In this document: positions 1 to 10,370 of the stretch, in pieces | Position numbering within the stretch: position 1 is the stretch's first letter | Layout: the number at the start of each line of letters is the position of its first letter | The notes under the pieces: model-generated | The model's input: the letters and a program-made list of their open reading frames with translations, nothing else | Databases searched by the model: none | Told to the model about the DNA's origin: nothing | Position numbers and translations under genes: made by a program | Source of the DNA: Chthonomonadales bacterium | GTDB lineage: Bacteria > Armatimonadota > Chthonomonadetes > Chthonomonadales > CAJBBX01 | Direction: 5' to 3' | Assembly: GCA_049967475.1 (NCBI GenBank) | Contig: JBMFSQ010000012.1 | Location: 30,883 to 94,882, forward strand | DNA length: 64,000 bases

Positions 1-1
1 A

Positions 2-787
2 GTAGTGTCGTTCTTGGCGCCGGAGACGTTGGGAGATGCGGTTTTCAAGAAATGGGTGGTCAACGGCGAGGATGTGTCCGCACATCGCGCTCTGGACCTT
101 CGGGAAACCGTCGGCGCCTATTCCGTGTCCGCGGTCTACGTGGCGCCCGAAGACCTCTTCGTCCCGAATTACGCTCGAGGCATTGATCCCCAAACGGGAT
201 CGCCGAACACGCTTTCGCACTGGCCGGCGTTTCCCGTGCGCGTGTTGTTTGATCGTAATTCGGAACTCACTCCCCAGCGACGGCAAAACGCTACGGCAGG
301 CATGGACTGGTGGGTACAGGCGACGGGAGGTGCGGTAACGTACGAACTCACGTCGGATGCGAACCAGGCCGACATCACCATCACCTTTGCGCATTTGGGC
401 AACACCGGCTGGGCGGGCCGAACCGAATACGTTGTAGCCGGAGATCAAACGATGATCGCTGCCCACGTGTATTTGAATCTGGACTATCTTACGGATCCGG
501 CCAACCTCACTCCTGCAGCAGCCCACGAATTCGGGCATGCGCTAGGCATCCGCGGGCACTCTTCGGACCCGGATGATCTCATGAGCTACAGCCCCAGAGT
601 TTACAGCCTTCACGGGCCAAGCGAGCGGGATCTCAACACTCTCAAGACAGCGTATTGGCCTCTCTTCGCCTTCTCGAGGAGTTATGCAGAACATCCAACC
701 AGAGGCGTCGCCCGGCGTTTGGCTGTGGAATGTCCTCTTGGTGTGGGCGGGCGTCAGTGGGCAATTCTAGGGGCCGGTACCCGTTAG
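2..787 (+). CDS. Matrixin-family (M10/metzincin) zinc metalloprotease, 5' truncated by the window edge
   Basis: HEFGHALGIRGH matches HExxHxxGxxH and is followed by the Met-turn DPDDLMSY; the frame is open to the left edge. Confidence 0.8.
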   Translation, partial: VVSFLAPETLGDAVFKKWVVNGEDVSAHRALDLRETVGAYSVSAVYVAPEDLFVPNYARGIDPQTGSPNTLSHWPAFPVRVLFDRNSELTPQRRQNATAGMDWWVQATGGAVTYELTSDANQADITITFAHLGNTGWAGRTEYVVAGDQTMIAAHVYLNLDYLTDPANLTPAAAHEFGHALGIRGHSSDPDDLMSYSPRVYSLHGPSERDLNTLKTAYWPLFAFSRSYAEHPTRGVARRLAVECPLGVGGRQWAILGAGTR

Positions 788-891
788 GCGAAGCAATCCT
801 CAAACGCTGGCCTCCGAGATACGCATACCGCGTGCAATGACAAAAGCGGCTGGCGGATGCGGCATGTGTGATCAAGGCCGCCGGAGCGGAG

Positions 892-1149
892 CGGGCATTG
901 CTGTACCCCTCATTGTGCGTCATGATGGGGGCGGTTTGGTCCGGATCGGCCGTGACGGATCGCACGAACACAGCCGGTTTGGGAGGACGGGGAAACCCCG
1001 CTACGGTCGCATTCTACACAGCCGCGGGCGGTACGACGCCTGCATCTCATGGCAGAGCTCTGATGCAATGCATCGCGTTCAGCACCGATCGCGCCTGGAC
1101 CTGAGTTAAGTACTCAAGGAACCCGGTTCTACCGCACATTGTAGATAAG
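892..1149 (+). pseudogene. Relic fragment of a GH32 (levanase/fructan hydrolase-like) gene
   Basis: Reads ...GAVWSGSAVTDRTNTAGLG...VAFYTAAG...QCIAFSTDRAWT*VKYSRNPVLPHIV; GH32-like motifs continue in frame past TGA 1102-1104; no NDPNG or RDP motif seen. Confidence 0.6.
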
Positions 1150-1220
1150 AGTGCCTATAGCGCCTGCCGCGGATCCGCAATGACAACGCAGCTAGATGCC
1201 TTTGGAGGTCCTTGCCGACC

Positions 1221-2534
1221 TCACACCCGCTCAGGGAAGAGCACAACGATTTCAAAGCCGCCGGGCGGAGCGGATGCCCGCAGGATCCACCGGTTGGCCT
1301 GGGCAATCGCGTGGCAGATGGCCAGTCCCAATCCATTGCCCTCCTGAGGATCGCGCGTTCGAGGAACATGCAGGCGTGCAAAGGGCTCAAAGAGCGTGTC
1401 CACCAATCCTTCGCTCAAGGGAGCACATTGGTTGAAAATGCGTAGCTGCAATCCTGCATCACTCCGGGTTGTTTGAACCTCTATCTGCGTCCCTGGAGTG
1501 GCGTATTTCGCGGCGTTGTCCAGTAGGTTGCGCAGCAAGATCTGAAGGTGCCCAGGATAGGCGCGCACGTGCGTGTCCGAAAGGGAGGTGGCCACGGTGA
1601 GAGCCCGGGCCTGCAGTCTCGCCTCCAAACGACGGAGTTCCTCTGCGCACAGCGATGCCAAATCCGTGTCCTCTGGAGACAGGGTTTGGGCAGGGATGGT
1701 GTCCAACTGGTGCAGAAGAAGCAGATCCTGCACCAACGTCACCAAGCGGCGTGCCTGAGCGTTTGCTTCCTCCAATGCATTGCGATACTCTTCTGCGGAG
1801 CGCGTCCGCATGAGAGCCAGAGCCAAATGTCCGGATAGAGCTTGCAGCGGCGTCCGCAGTTCGTGGGATGCTGCAGCGTAGAAGCGTCCGCGCGCGTGTG
1901 CTGCTTGGGCAATCCTTCCAAGAAGGTCGTTCAAGGTCTGTACCAGTTCGGTGACCTCGGCGTCGGCGGATGGGCTTTGAAGCGCCACGTCAAGGCTGTG
2001 AACCGAAGCGTCGGCAGCCTGGCGGGCCAGTTCATGGATGGGTCTGAGCGTCCTGCCTACGACGATCCATGCCCCGGTAGTGGCAACCAAGAGAACGATA
2101 CCGGCGAGCAAACCGAGCAGGGTGCCCTGGCGCCTCAATTGTTCCTCCATCGGCTGCCGGCGCATGCCTGCAACGATTGTGATGCCGCGGGATCGGGACA
2201 CAGCCGTCACCCATTCCCGAGAAGAGGTCGTGGAATTGGGGACCGGGCCTCGGGTGGCCCAGAGGCGGCGGCCGCTGCCGTCCAAGATTATAAGCGCCAC
2301 TCCCTCGGCGCGGATGGCTGCTTCGTCCTCCTGGATCTCGCCGATTTTCTCTCGCCCTCCGTCGCCGAGGTCGGCCTGCACGCGCAAGATAGTAGCTCGT
2401 AGGGTCCTCTGAGCGGTGCGGAGAGAGGATCGGCGCGCGTAGATCAGCAGACCGGCACATGCTACCACCATGACGGCTGCCAGCAGCAGGGCAAAAGTCC
2501 CCGTGATGCGCACACGGATGGATCTACGCCACAT
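1221..2534 (-). CDS. Two-component sensor histidine kinase (2 TM, HAMP, HisKA, HATPase)
   Basis: H-box ASHELRTP, N-box LRNLLDNAAKY, G2 box GNGLGLAIC. Confidence 0.95.
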   Translation of the reverse strand: MWRRSIRVRITGTFALLLAAVMVVACAGLLIYARRSSLRTAQRTLRATILRVQADLGDGGREKIGEIQEDEAAIRAEGVALIILDGSGRRLWATRGPVPNSTTSSREWVTAVSRSRGITIVAGMRRQPMEEQLRRQGTLLGLLAGIVLLVATTGAWIVVGRTLRPIHELARQAADASVHSLDVALQSPSADAEVTELVQTLNDLLGRIAQAAHARGRFYAAASHELRTPLQALSGHLALALMRTRSAEEYRNALEEANAQARRLVTLVQDLLLLHQLDTIPAQTLSPEDTDLASLCAEELRRLEARLQARALTVATSLSDTHVRAYPGHLQILLRNLLDNAAKYATPGTQIEVQTTRSDAGLQLRIFNQCAPLSEGLVDTLFEPFARLHVPRTRDPQEGNGLGLAICHAIAQANRWILRASAPPGGFEIVVLFPERV

Positions 2535-3201
2535 AGTGAGCGCTCAGGATGAAGCCGATACCCCTCACCGTGTGGATGAGGCGCGGGTGGAAGCCCCGGT
2601 CAATTTTGCCGCGGAGATAGCTGATGTACACGTCGAGCACATTGTCGCGCCCGCCAAAGTCGTATTCCCACACGTGTTGCAGGATAGTCTGGCGGGTGAG
2701 GAGCCTGCCCTTGTTGCGAAGCAGGTATTCCAGAAGGGTGAACTCGGTTGCCGAAAGGTGGATCGGCTTACCTGCTCGAACGACGACGTGCGCCGCAGGA
2801 TCGAGCACCAAATCTGCCTCCTGGAGCGGTGTAGGGGAAAACGCTCCTCGCCTGAGAAGGGCTCGAACCCTGGCAAAGAGTTCTGGAAGCTGGAAGGGCT
2901 TCACAATGTAATCGTCGGCGCCGCTGTCCAACCCCTTCACCTTGTCGTCGAGGGTGTCGCGCGCCGTTATGATCAGGACGGGTGTGGCGAGGCCCTGGGC
3001 CCTTAGATGCCGGCATACTTCAAATCCATCCATTTTCGGAAGCATCACGTCCAACAGGATCAGGTCGAACGCTCCGGTCGCTGCCCGGCTGCAGGCCTCC
3101 AAACCGTCCTCGGCGATATCTGCGTCATACCCTGCTTCGGTGAGTGCCTGAGCGAGAAAGCGGGCAATGCTGCCGTCGTCCTCTACGATAAGCACCTTCA
3201 T
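2524..3201 (-). CDS. OmpR/PhoB-family response regulator
   Basis: VLIVEDD, LLDVMLP, GADDYIVKPF, C-terminal winged helix IHTVRGIGF; overlaps the kinase start. Confidence 0.95.
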   Translation of the reverse strand: MKVLIVEDDGSIARFLAQALTEAGYDADIAEDGLEACSRAATGAFDLILLDVMLPKMDGFEVCRHLRAQGLATPVLIITARDTLDDKVKGLDSGADDYIVKPFQLPELFARVRALLRRGAFSPTPLQEADLVLDPAAHVVVRAGKPIHLSATEFTLLEYLLRNKGRLLTRQTILQHVWEYDFGGRDNVLDVYISYLRGKIDRGFHPRLIHTVRGIGFILSAHYVA

Positions 3202-3597
3202 ATGGAAGATGTCCTTGAAATGGGTTGAGGCGTATATGTCGAAGGCTGGTATGCAATCGGCGGCATGCGGTGCGCCCTCCGGACACGGCGGAGCGCACGC
3301 CGACGGGCAATGCTTGGAGCCGGTTCTCTGTTGGCTGCCGCTGCATCATGGTGCCACGCCAACCCCGTTCATTGCAAGCCCTGTGGTAGCTGCACCCTAG
3401 GTATTCGCGGACGGACCCCGGCCTTGAGCCAAAACATCGCGGCTGCCGTCTTTGCTGCAGGAGCGAGCAGGCAGAGCCCGTAAGGAGGTCATCCGTGTTT
3501 CCTTTCGGGCTCCGATCCTCGCTCTCAAAGCAGCCCTTCATGCAGTCAAAAGGGCGGCAGCCATCCCCTCATGCGTGAAGCAGGGCGTTGCACTCCC

Positions 3598-4011
3598 CTA
3601 ATCGCGCTCACCGTGCTCTTCGCCACCCTTGGCGCTGTGATGGTTCTTGCTGCTCTCATGGTTCTTCTGATGTTTGGCAGCCTTTTCCGCTCGGGCCTCG
3701 GCAGCTTCTTCAGCCGCAGTGGTCGTCTCGACACTCTCGATCTTGCCGGATTGAGCGTTCACCATCACTTCGCGGAGGATCTTTCCTTGCCGCACCGATA
3801 CCGCGTACTCCCATTTGCCTGCTTCGTTCTCAAGCTGGACGTTTCCCACGACTTGCCCATTCACCTTCTTGAGGGCGATGGACTTGGCCTGGCTTGCCGT
3901 CACGCGTACGTGGGGTGCGTGGCGAGGCTTTTGAGCCAGCGCCATCGAACCAGGTACGGCTAAAGAGATGCCGAAGGCGGCCAGCGACAATGCGTAGCCT
4001 AGACGTGTCAT
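3598..4011 (-). CDS. Secreted PepSY-domain protein with charged/His-rich tail
   Basis: Signal peptide MTRLGYALSLAAFGISLA; PepSY pattern QAKSIAL...GQVV..VQLENE.GKWEYAV...EVMVNAQSGKI; RBS AAAGGA; upstream of the RR/HK pair. Confidence 0.8.
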   Translation of the reverse strand: MTRLGYALSLAAFGISLAVPGSMALAQKPRHAPHVRVTASQAKSIALKKVNGQVVGNVQLENEAGKWEYAVSVRQGKILREVMVNAQSGKIESVETTTAAEEAAEARAEKAAKHQKNHESSKNHHSAKGGEEHGERD

Positions 4012-4219
4012 GAACTTGCTTCCTTTCTGTGAGTGGACGCCCCCAGTTGAGAGGGTGCGCCGCGGTGTCCGCACATGCAAGTATACGGCTACGAAATGGC
4101 CCCAAGGGAAAGATCTCTCTGAGAATTTGGTAAGAGGCGCTGGAAGTGCACGAAGGAATTCGCGTGCATCGCACAAAACCAAGTGGACGGTGGCGCTTCA
4201 CACACAGGAGGTGAGGGAA

Positions 4220-6142
4220 GTGGTTCTTGCGTGCATCTTTGCTCTTATGTTCGCTCACGACGCTCCCAGCAATTTGGCTGCGAACCCAAGTTTCGAGCTC
4301 CTCGATGCCGCGGGGCTCCCTGAGGGATGGAGCGGCTGGAACGATGTGTGGCAGCCCGACGCCAAGGTCCATGCTTCCGGAGAGCGGTGCGCCCGGTATC
4401 GGAACATGGATGCGTCCAGATACGTACTCTTATCCCAACGCATCCACGCGCGGGCAGGCAAGCGGTATCGGTTCTCGGCCCGCATCAAAACGGAAGGGAT
4501 CGAGGGTCCCGACACCGGTGCCACGATCTGCATGGAATGGTCGGACCAATCAGGCCGCTATCTGGGCGGCAGTTATCCTGAAGGCGTCAAAGGGACGCTG
4601 GACTGGACTACGGTGGGCGACATGACCCCTCGCGTGCCGCAGAATGCCGCCGTTGTAAGCGTGTCCGTATACGTGCGAAAGGGCATGACCGGAACGGCAT
4701 GGTTCGATGACGTGCAGGTTTCAGAAGTGCCTGATCCGCCCTTTGAAGGAAGCATCGTGATCCCCGGATATCGAGGTGTCGTTGCCGGCCAAAAGACGGA
4801 GCCGGTGCGCATCCGCGGCTGGATCGGCGACGCGCCGGGCGAGCCGCTTGCAGATCATCGTCTCGTGGCAGAGGTCCTTCCGGAGGGCCGGAACCGCGCT
4901 GTCGTGCAGAGGGAGATCTCATCGCCCCAGGTCCAGCACGCGTGTCTGACTGTGCCGATAGATGGGTTGAAGGACGGATCCTACAGGGTCCGACTGCGCG
5001 TTTTCGTAGGCAGCCGGGTAGTCCTAGAGCGTTCCGCAGCTCTGGTGCGGACACGCGATGTGCCCAAGACACGCGTTGCATTCTTGAGTGATGGAAGCGC
5101 TATCATTGACGGCCGGCCCTTCTTTCCGTTGGGGGTGTACGAAAGCATCAGTCCCGCTAAGCCGGAATGCAAGGAGCGCCTTCGGAAGATTGCAGCCGCG
5201 GGATTCAACTGCGTCATGAACTACGCCATCAACCAGGGCGCAACACTATCCCAGATCAAGGGCTATTTGGATGAAGCCCACCGGTTGGGGCTGCGCATCA
5301 TCTATTCCATCAAAGATCTTTACCCGGGCTCTCAGTATGAGCTCAAGGAAGTCGCCGGGTGGAAGGGGCAGGAAGAGATCACGCGCAATTTGGTGGAAGC
5401 CCTGCGCGGACATCCGGCGCTTCTTGCATGGTACGTGAACGATGAACTCTCGGTCGCGTGGCATCCCATGCTGGAAGCCCACTATCGGCGTGTGCGCACG
5501 CTGGACCCGGACCACCCCGAATGGATCGCTCTCTATCAGGTGGATGAGCTGGACGCCTATACGGACACGACGGATGTGATGGGTGTAGATCCCTATCCGA
5601 TCCCGGACCAGCCCATATCCCGCGTTGCGGAATGGACCGACAAGGCGGTTGCCACGGGCATGCCGGTGTGGGTCATCCCCCAGATCTTCGACTGGAGCCA
5701 ATATCGAAGGGACGCGACTGCGGCGCCGCCTACGTACGAGGAGATGAGGAATATGATGTGGCAGGCGCTGACCCATGGCGCCAACGGACTCATCTGCTAC
5801 AGCTACTTCGATATCGAGCGAGGGAAGAACTCTGAGCAGCGATGGGCGGATGTGACGCGCCTCGCAAAAGAGCTGAACCGCTGTGCGCCATGGTTCCTGG
5901 CGGGCGGCCGGGCTCAGCTCACCCAAATAGGCGATGTGTCTGCGGGCCTTTGGCGCCGGGACAAAAGGGCGCTGTTGGCCATCGTGAACCTCGCAAGGCA
6001 TAAAGCCTCGATCTCCCTTCCGTTCCCGAAGGGATTTCGAAGCGCTGCGTCCTTGGATGGCTCAGCAGCTCCAACTCTGGGAGGAGGCGTGCTTGCTGTA
6101 GACTTGGACCCCCTTGAGGTGCGCCTCTACGAGCTTGAATAG
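4220..6142 (+). CDS. Secreted carbohydrate-active protein: CBM4/9-like domain + TIM-barrel glycoside hydrolase-like domain
   Basis: GTG start after GGAGGTG; NPSFE...AWFDDV CBM-like signature; DGRPFFPLGVY, HPALLAWYVNDE, DVMGVDPYP. Confidence 0.65.
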   Translation: MVLACIFALMFAHDAPSNLAANPSFELLDAAGLPEGWSGWNDVWQPDAKVHASGERCARYRNMDASRYVLLSQRIHARAGKRYRFSARIKTEGIEGPDTGATICMEWSDQSGRYLGGSYPEGVKGTLDWTTVGDMTPRVPQNAAVVSVSVYVRKGMTGTAWFDDVQVSEVPDPPFEGSIVIPGYRGVVAGQKTEPVRIRGWIGDAPGEPLADHRLVAEVLPEGRNRAVVQREISSPQVQHACLTVPIDGLKDGSYRVRLRVFVGSRVVLERSAALVRTRDVPKTRVAFLSDGSAIIDGRPFFPLGVYESISPAKPECKERLRKIAAAGFNCVMNYAINQGATLSQIKGYLDEAHRLGLRIIYSIKDLYPGSQYELKEVAGWKGQEEITRNLVEALRGHPALLAWYVNDELSVAWHPMLEAHYRRVRTLDPDHPEWIALYQVDELDAYTDTTDVMGVDPYPIPDQPISRVAEWTDKAVATGMPVWVIPQIFDWSQYRRDATAAPPTYEEMRNMMWQALTHGANGLICYSYFDIERGKNSEQRWADVTRLAKELNRCAPWFLAGGRAQLTQIGDVSAGLWRRDKRALLAIVNLARHKASISLPFPKGFRSAASLDGSAAPTLGGGVLAVDLDPLEVRLYELE

Positions 6143-6236
6143 GCGCGCTTCCGGGCCGCGCCAAAACTAGCCATGGTTCGCCAACCTGGGTTGCCTGTTG
6201 CGAACCGCGGGCACGAAGCCGTCATGGGCGAACGCC

Positions 6237-8957
6237 TCAGCTCCGGCCGGGCCGCGCCATCCACCCTTCAGCCCATCGTTCCACGAGCCGCCTTGAGCCT
6301 TCCACATACGCGGGAGAAGTTTGCAGGTACTCGAGCATCTGGAGATTCCGGCCCATGATATCGTACACGCGGGCAGAAGCCGGAGGCGGCGGTATTTTGA
6401 TCGGCTGGCCGGCAGACCAAAGAAGGAATACCGCTCGATCCCGGCTGGCAAACTGAACTCCATAGCCATCTCTGCCGAACCGGCGCACAGGTCCGGCGTT
6501 CATCTCCGGAGTGATGTGTGCGTTGAATGCCGCAAGAGCAGGCAGCACTTTGCGCGGAGCCCCTGCTTCGTCAAATAGGGGACATTCCAAGCTGGGCTGG
6601 TTGGGTGGGCCGCTGGAACCTGCGTGGATGAATATCTTCTTGACGCCGGACGCGAGCATGATGGCGGCAAAGCGCACGGTGTACTCCGCACACTCCCGCT
6701 CATCTTTGAGCAGGGAGGTCTCGGGGAAGTTGGCTGCATCGGGGATCCATGGGGTCCGGCCGGGGTCGTCGGCAGCGTAATAGCCGAATTCTGTAATCCA
6801 GATGGGTTTTCGCCCGCCATGTTGGGCCATCAGATGCGCCAAATCCCGCATTTCGGGGAGGGTGCCCTCAGGAAGCCGCGTTCCCGGGTAGATATGCAGG
6901 TTCAGCACGTCCACGATGCGGCCGACACCTGCATCCATTTCTTCGCGCGTTAAGTGCTTCGGGCCGGAGGCGACCCCGCCGATCACCGTGCATCCCGGAT
7001 CCGCCTCGCGCATGGCTGCGGCAGCGATCTCCAGTAGGTGGGCATAGTCCTGTACTGTGTACGGTTTGCCTCCGCCGCGGGCAGCACGAGCCGGCAGAGC
7101 GTAGTCTGTATAGACGGGTTCGTTCAAAAACTCCCACACCCGCACGTGCGGAGCGAAATGGCGGACCGTACGCCGCACGAACTCTGCAAGGAGACGTGGA
7201 TCCCTGGGAGCATATGCGGCGCGCGCGCGCTCGGCCGGGTACCCCGCACCTCCGACGTTCGGAGGCGCCTCGGAGTTCCAATCGGCAGAAGGGAAGGGGG
7301 GAAGCAGACACACCACCGAACACCCTTCTCGGCCGAGGCGCTCCAGTTGCTCATCCGGTTGGCTGAAATCGTAATGACCCGGCTGCGGCTCTACATCGTT
7401 CCACTTGAGGGACCAGTCTCGGTACCACGAAATCCCGGCCTTCCGCGCAAGGCGAATGAGGAAGGCGTCCGCGAAGGCATGATTGAATCCGAAGATTGTG
7501 GACCGCACCGCACTTTTGGGAAGCACAGCGATGCGGAGATCGCGTTTGCCCCACGGACCAAGGGCGCTGAGGCGGAAATACCCGGTCCATCCCGCCGGAA
7601 TGAGAATTTCTTTGGCGCAGCCTGCGTTCGCCGCCACCTGAATTGCAACCTGTGCAAGTGTGGTACGGCGGCCAAAAAAGTCCTCGGCCTGGATCGTTAC
7701 CGGAATTCTGGTGCGCACCGCAGTGTTGTTATGCACAACGAGGCGCACGGCATTCTTCAGCCCGAATCTGTAAACTCCTGCTGGGGCCTCTGGCTGCAGG
7801 GCGCCCTCGACTGCGTTATGAGGTGTGTAGGGTGTTGCTTCGGTACCTGCCTCAAGCTGCACCCGGGCGATGTCCACGTCGGTTCGCTCGTCCTCACGAA
7901 GGTCCGGCCCGATCTCGACGAACACGTAGGGCCGCGAGGGAATGAAGCGGTAAGTATACCGGTGCCACCGCAGCTCTGCCGACACGTGCGTTGAGCTGCT
8001 GACACGATCCCAGGGTCCTCGGGCCGGATCGCTCCCGACATACCCGAGCAGAACCGGCGTTCCGGCCACGCTTGCCCGCACGTCGCACGAGAGTACGTAC
8101 GGCTTTCCGGGGACTACCGGGATCCATCCGAGGTTCGCGGCCAGGAGGCGGGTTTGAACCACGGCCGCCGGATGGAAATAGTCGAAATAGAGGATAGGGG
8201 TAATGCCGTGGCCCATGGGGATGCGCAGGAATTGCGGGTGCACCGGATCCCTGGACACGATTATGCGGCCGTACAGATGCGCCATGTGGCCCCAGCCGGC
8301 GGGGATGCCGTCCGTTGTCCATCCCCACGTGCCCAGGTTGAACGCCCCGTTGGGGAGGAGGTTCCGGGCAGCGGAGGCAGGAACTACGTGTGTGAACGAC
8401 ACCTTTTGTACGGGAACCTCCTCCAGGCGGACGTCCGCAAGGTACAGGGTTCCCGTTTCTGCGAACCAAAACTGGAGGCGGCTGGAACGACCCACGCTGC
8501 GTGTTGCGCGAAAAAGAACGTGATAGGTTTGCCAGTTCGGACCCAGAGGCAGGTCCCGCGCCAGCCCGCAGTTCTCCCACGAGGAGGTGTCCGTGACGGC
8601 TACCGACACGGTGCGGCCTGCAATACCTTCCTCTCGAGCGCGGCACGTAAGTTCGTACAGGCGACCGGCTGTCAGGCGGACCGTGCCGACCTGGCCGATC
8701 ATGGCATGAATGTCGCCCCCTTGGCCGTGGATGCTGCGGCATTGCAAACGTGCCACATACGATCCCCCTTCACGCACGACATCGAGCGTCTGATCTACGT
8801 GTTGGGTGTTGCCGTAAGCAAACCAGCCGGTAGGCCTCGACGCTTCAATCTCTTGAAAATCGCCATTGCGAACGAGGTTTCTTTGGCGCCCCGGAGATGC
8901 CGTGACAACCGCAAGCAATATCGCCACGATAAGATGGACGGCCGATCGTGCTGCCAT
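6237..8957 (-). CDS. Secreted clan GH-A glycoside hydrolase (GH39/GH5-like) with two N-terminal CBM4/9-like domains
   Basis: Signal peptide; NLVRNGDF and NLLPNGAF CBM starts; acid/base WEFLNEP; nucleophile IWITEFG. Confidence 0.75.
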   Translation of the reverse strand: MAARSAVHLIVAILLAVVTASPGRQRNLVRNGDFQEIEASRPTGWFAYGNTQHVDQTLDVVREGGSYVARLQCRSIHGQGGDIHAMIGQVGTVRLTAGRLYELTCRAREEGIAGRTVSVAVTDTSSWENCGLARDLPLGPNWQTYHVLFRATRSVGRSSRLQFWFAETGTLYLADVRLEEVPVQKVSFTHVVPASAARNLLPNGAFNLGTWGWTTDGIPAGWGHMAHLYGRIIVSRDPVHPQFLRIPMGHGITPILYFDYFHPAAVVQTRLLAANLGWIPVVPGKPYVLSCDVRASVAGTPVLLGYVGSDPARGPWDRVSSSTHVSAELRWHRYTYRFIPSRPYVFVEIGPDLREDERTDVDIARVQLEAGTEATPYTPHNAVEGALQPEAPAGVYRFGLKNAVRLVVHNNTAVRTRIPVTIQAEDFFGRRTTLAQVAIQVAANAGCAKEILIPAGWTGYFRLSALGPWGKRDLRIAVLPKSAVRSTIFGFNHAFADAFLIRLARKAGISWYRDWSLKWNDVEPQPGHYDFSQPDEQLERLGREGCSVVCLLPPFPSADWNSEAPPNVGGAGYPAERARAAYAPRDPRLLAEFVRRTVRHFAPHVRVWEFLNEPVYTDYALPARAARGGGKPYTVQDYAHLLEIAAAAMREADPGCTVIGGVASGPKHLTREEMDAGVGRIVDVLNLHIYPGTRLPEGTLPEMRDLAHLMAQHGGRKPIWITEFGYYAADDPGRTPWIPDAANFPETSLLKDERECAEYTVRFAAIMLASGVKKIFIHAGSSGPPNQPSLECPLFDEAGAPRKVLPALAAFNAHITPEMNAGPVRRFGRDGYGVQFASRDRAVFLLWSAGQPIKIPPPPASARVYDIMGRNLQMLEYLQTSPAYVEGSRRLVERWAEGWMARPGRS

Positions 8958-9105
8958 TGCCTTCCCTCCAAGTTATCTGGTTCGCAGACTACGCCGTCCA
9001 TTCCTGCACGACGGTTGGATGGTACGGCAGAGGTTGTCGGCACCGTCGAGAAATACGGGGCCGCCCTCTCGATAAAGGAGAGCGGCCCCAAGCCTGGGTG
9101 GAGGG

Positions 9106-9321
9106 TTAGCGACCCGCGTTCTGTTGAACGCGCTGCATCTCACCCTGGAGATGTCCAAGAACCATATTCTTGATGTTGGGGGGCATCTTCGGGTCGTTGC
9201 GGACTTTGTCCATTTCGGCCTGAATTTGGGAGGGCGTCTTTGGTTTTGGCCCATCTTGGTGGCTGCAGCCGGCAGCGAAGAGGGCCAGGAGGCACGCTGC
9301 CGCAGCGGCTTGCTTCTTCAT
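9106..9321 (-). CDS. Small lipoprotein (71 aa)
   Basis: MKKQ...LALFAAGC lipobox; RBS GAGGT; 30 bp downstream of the prepilin gene. Confidence 0.75.
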   Translation of the reverse strand: MKKQAAAAACLLALFAAGCSHQDGPKPKTPSQIQAEMDKVRNDPKMPPNIKNMVLGHLQGEMQRVQQNAGR

Positions 9322-9351
9322 GCTGGATACCTCGCACCGCACGGATGCGGC

Positions 9352-10191
9352 TCAGTTGTTGGGATACATGCTGCAGGGCGCGTTCCAAGAGGGATCATAG
9401 ATCCAGTCTGTGGGACCGCACGAGTACCAGTTGTACATCCCAGGGAAGTGCACATTGACGCACCAATTCAGCCTCCCCTTTACCGCTGCCTTGGCGTGGC
9501 CATCCGTGTAGATGCAATTCGCGGTACCGCTGTGGCGGTACCTGGGCATGAACGTATAGGGGAAGCCGTTGGTTTCCGCCGGCGCCGGCACGTTATCCTG
9601 ATCGAACTGGGCTCCGGAGTTGGGGCCTTCCCAAACCGGCGGCCATTGGGCGCCTCCCCACCACCACCAGTCCTCAGTGAGACCCTGGAAGGATCCGTGG
9701 GCATTGACATCGAGGCCAGTTTCGGATGCGGCGATGACGTCGGCAACACGGGTGATCTGGGCTTGCGACACACTCGGCCACAGGGCGCCGTTGGCTAGTG
9801 TGGCACCAACGAGGATCCCACCGTGGCCCCCGATGCCGTTGACCGCGTTGGCCGGCGTGCTGGGACATCGCCACACGCCACCCACCACCACCTGCTGGTT
9901 GTCTTCCCCGATGGCCGCTGTTCCGTTCTTCACATAGGGGTTAACGATCGTGCGCCAGGTGAGGGGCTGTCCGTTGACGTAGTAGTAGCCGCGCGGAAAG
10001 ACCTCGTCGTAGTCTTGCAGGTACATTATGAGGGCGGTGCCGATCTGCTTCATGTTGGAGAGGCAGGATATGGCGCGCGCCTTCTCTCGTGCCTGGGCGA
10101 AGACCGGGAAGAGAATAGCTGCCAGGATCGCGATGATCGCGATAACCACGAGCAGCTCGATGAGGGTGAAACCCGAGCGATTGCGGTACAT
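9352..10191 (-). CDS. Prepilin-type N-terminal cleavage/methylation protein with DUF1559 and H-X9-DG motif
   Basis: [65 protein letters not shown]. Confidence 0.93.
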   Translation of the reverse strand: MYRNRSGFTLIELLVVIAIIAILAAILFPVFAQAREKARAISCLSNMKQIGTALIMYLQDYDEVFPRGYYYVNGQPLTWRTIVNPYVKNGTAAIGEDNQQVVVGGVWRCPSTPANAVNGIGGHGGILVGATLANGALWPSVSQAQITRVADVIAASETGLDVNAHGSFQGLTEDWWWWGGAQWPPVWEGPNSGAQFDQDNVPAPAETNGFPYTFMPRYRHSGTANCIYTDGHAKAAVKGRLNWCVNVHFPGMYNWYSCGPTDWIYDPSWNAPCSMYPNN

Positions 10192-10275
10192 CCCTATGCT
10201 CCTTTGTTCTAGGATTTGCCGGGTGCCGTGCCCCGGCGGATACGGCAGATGGAAAGAAGAATAACCGTTATCTAA

Positions 10276-10289
10276 TGCAATCGTATGCA
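10276..10289. promoter_or_regulatory. Putative LacI-family operator upstream of the prepilin gene
   Basis: TGCAATCGTATGCA, a CG-centred near-palindrome matching two copies at the lacI 5' end. Confidence 0.7.
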
Positions 10290-10370
10290 TGTCGTGCTGT
10301 TGCGACCAGCCTGTCTTTTTGCCCGAGTCTGCCTGCCGACGTTCCTGGGCATCCCGAAAAAGGAAAGTGC

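Noticed and set aside
3205..3595. Small ORFs between the PepSY gene and the response regulator, including a 31-codon ORF with an AAAGGA RBS
   Set aside because: No recognisable motif or supporting feature
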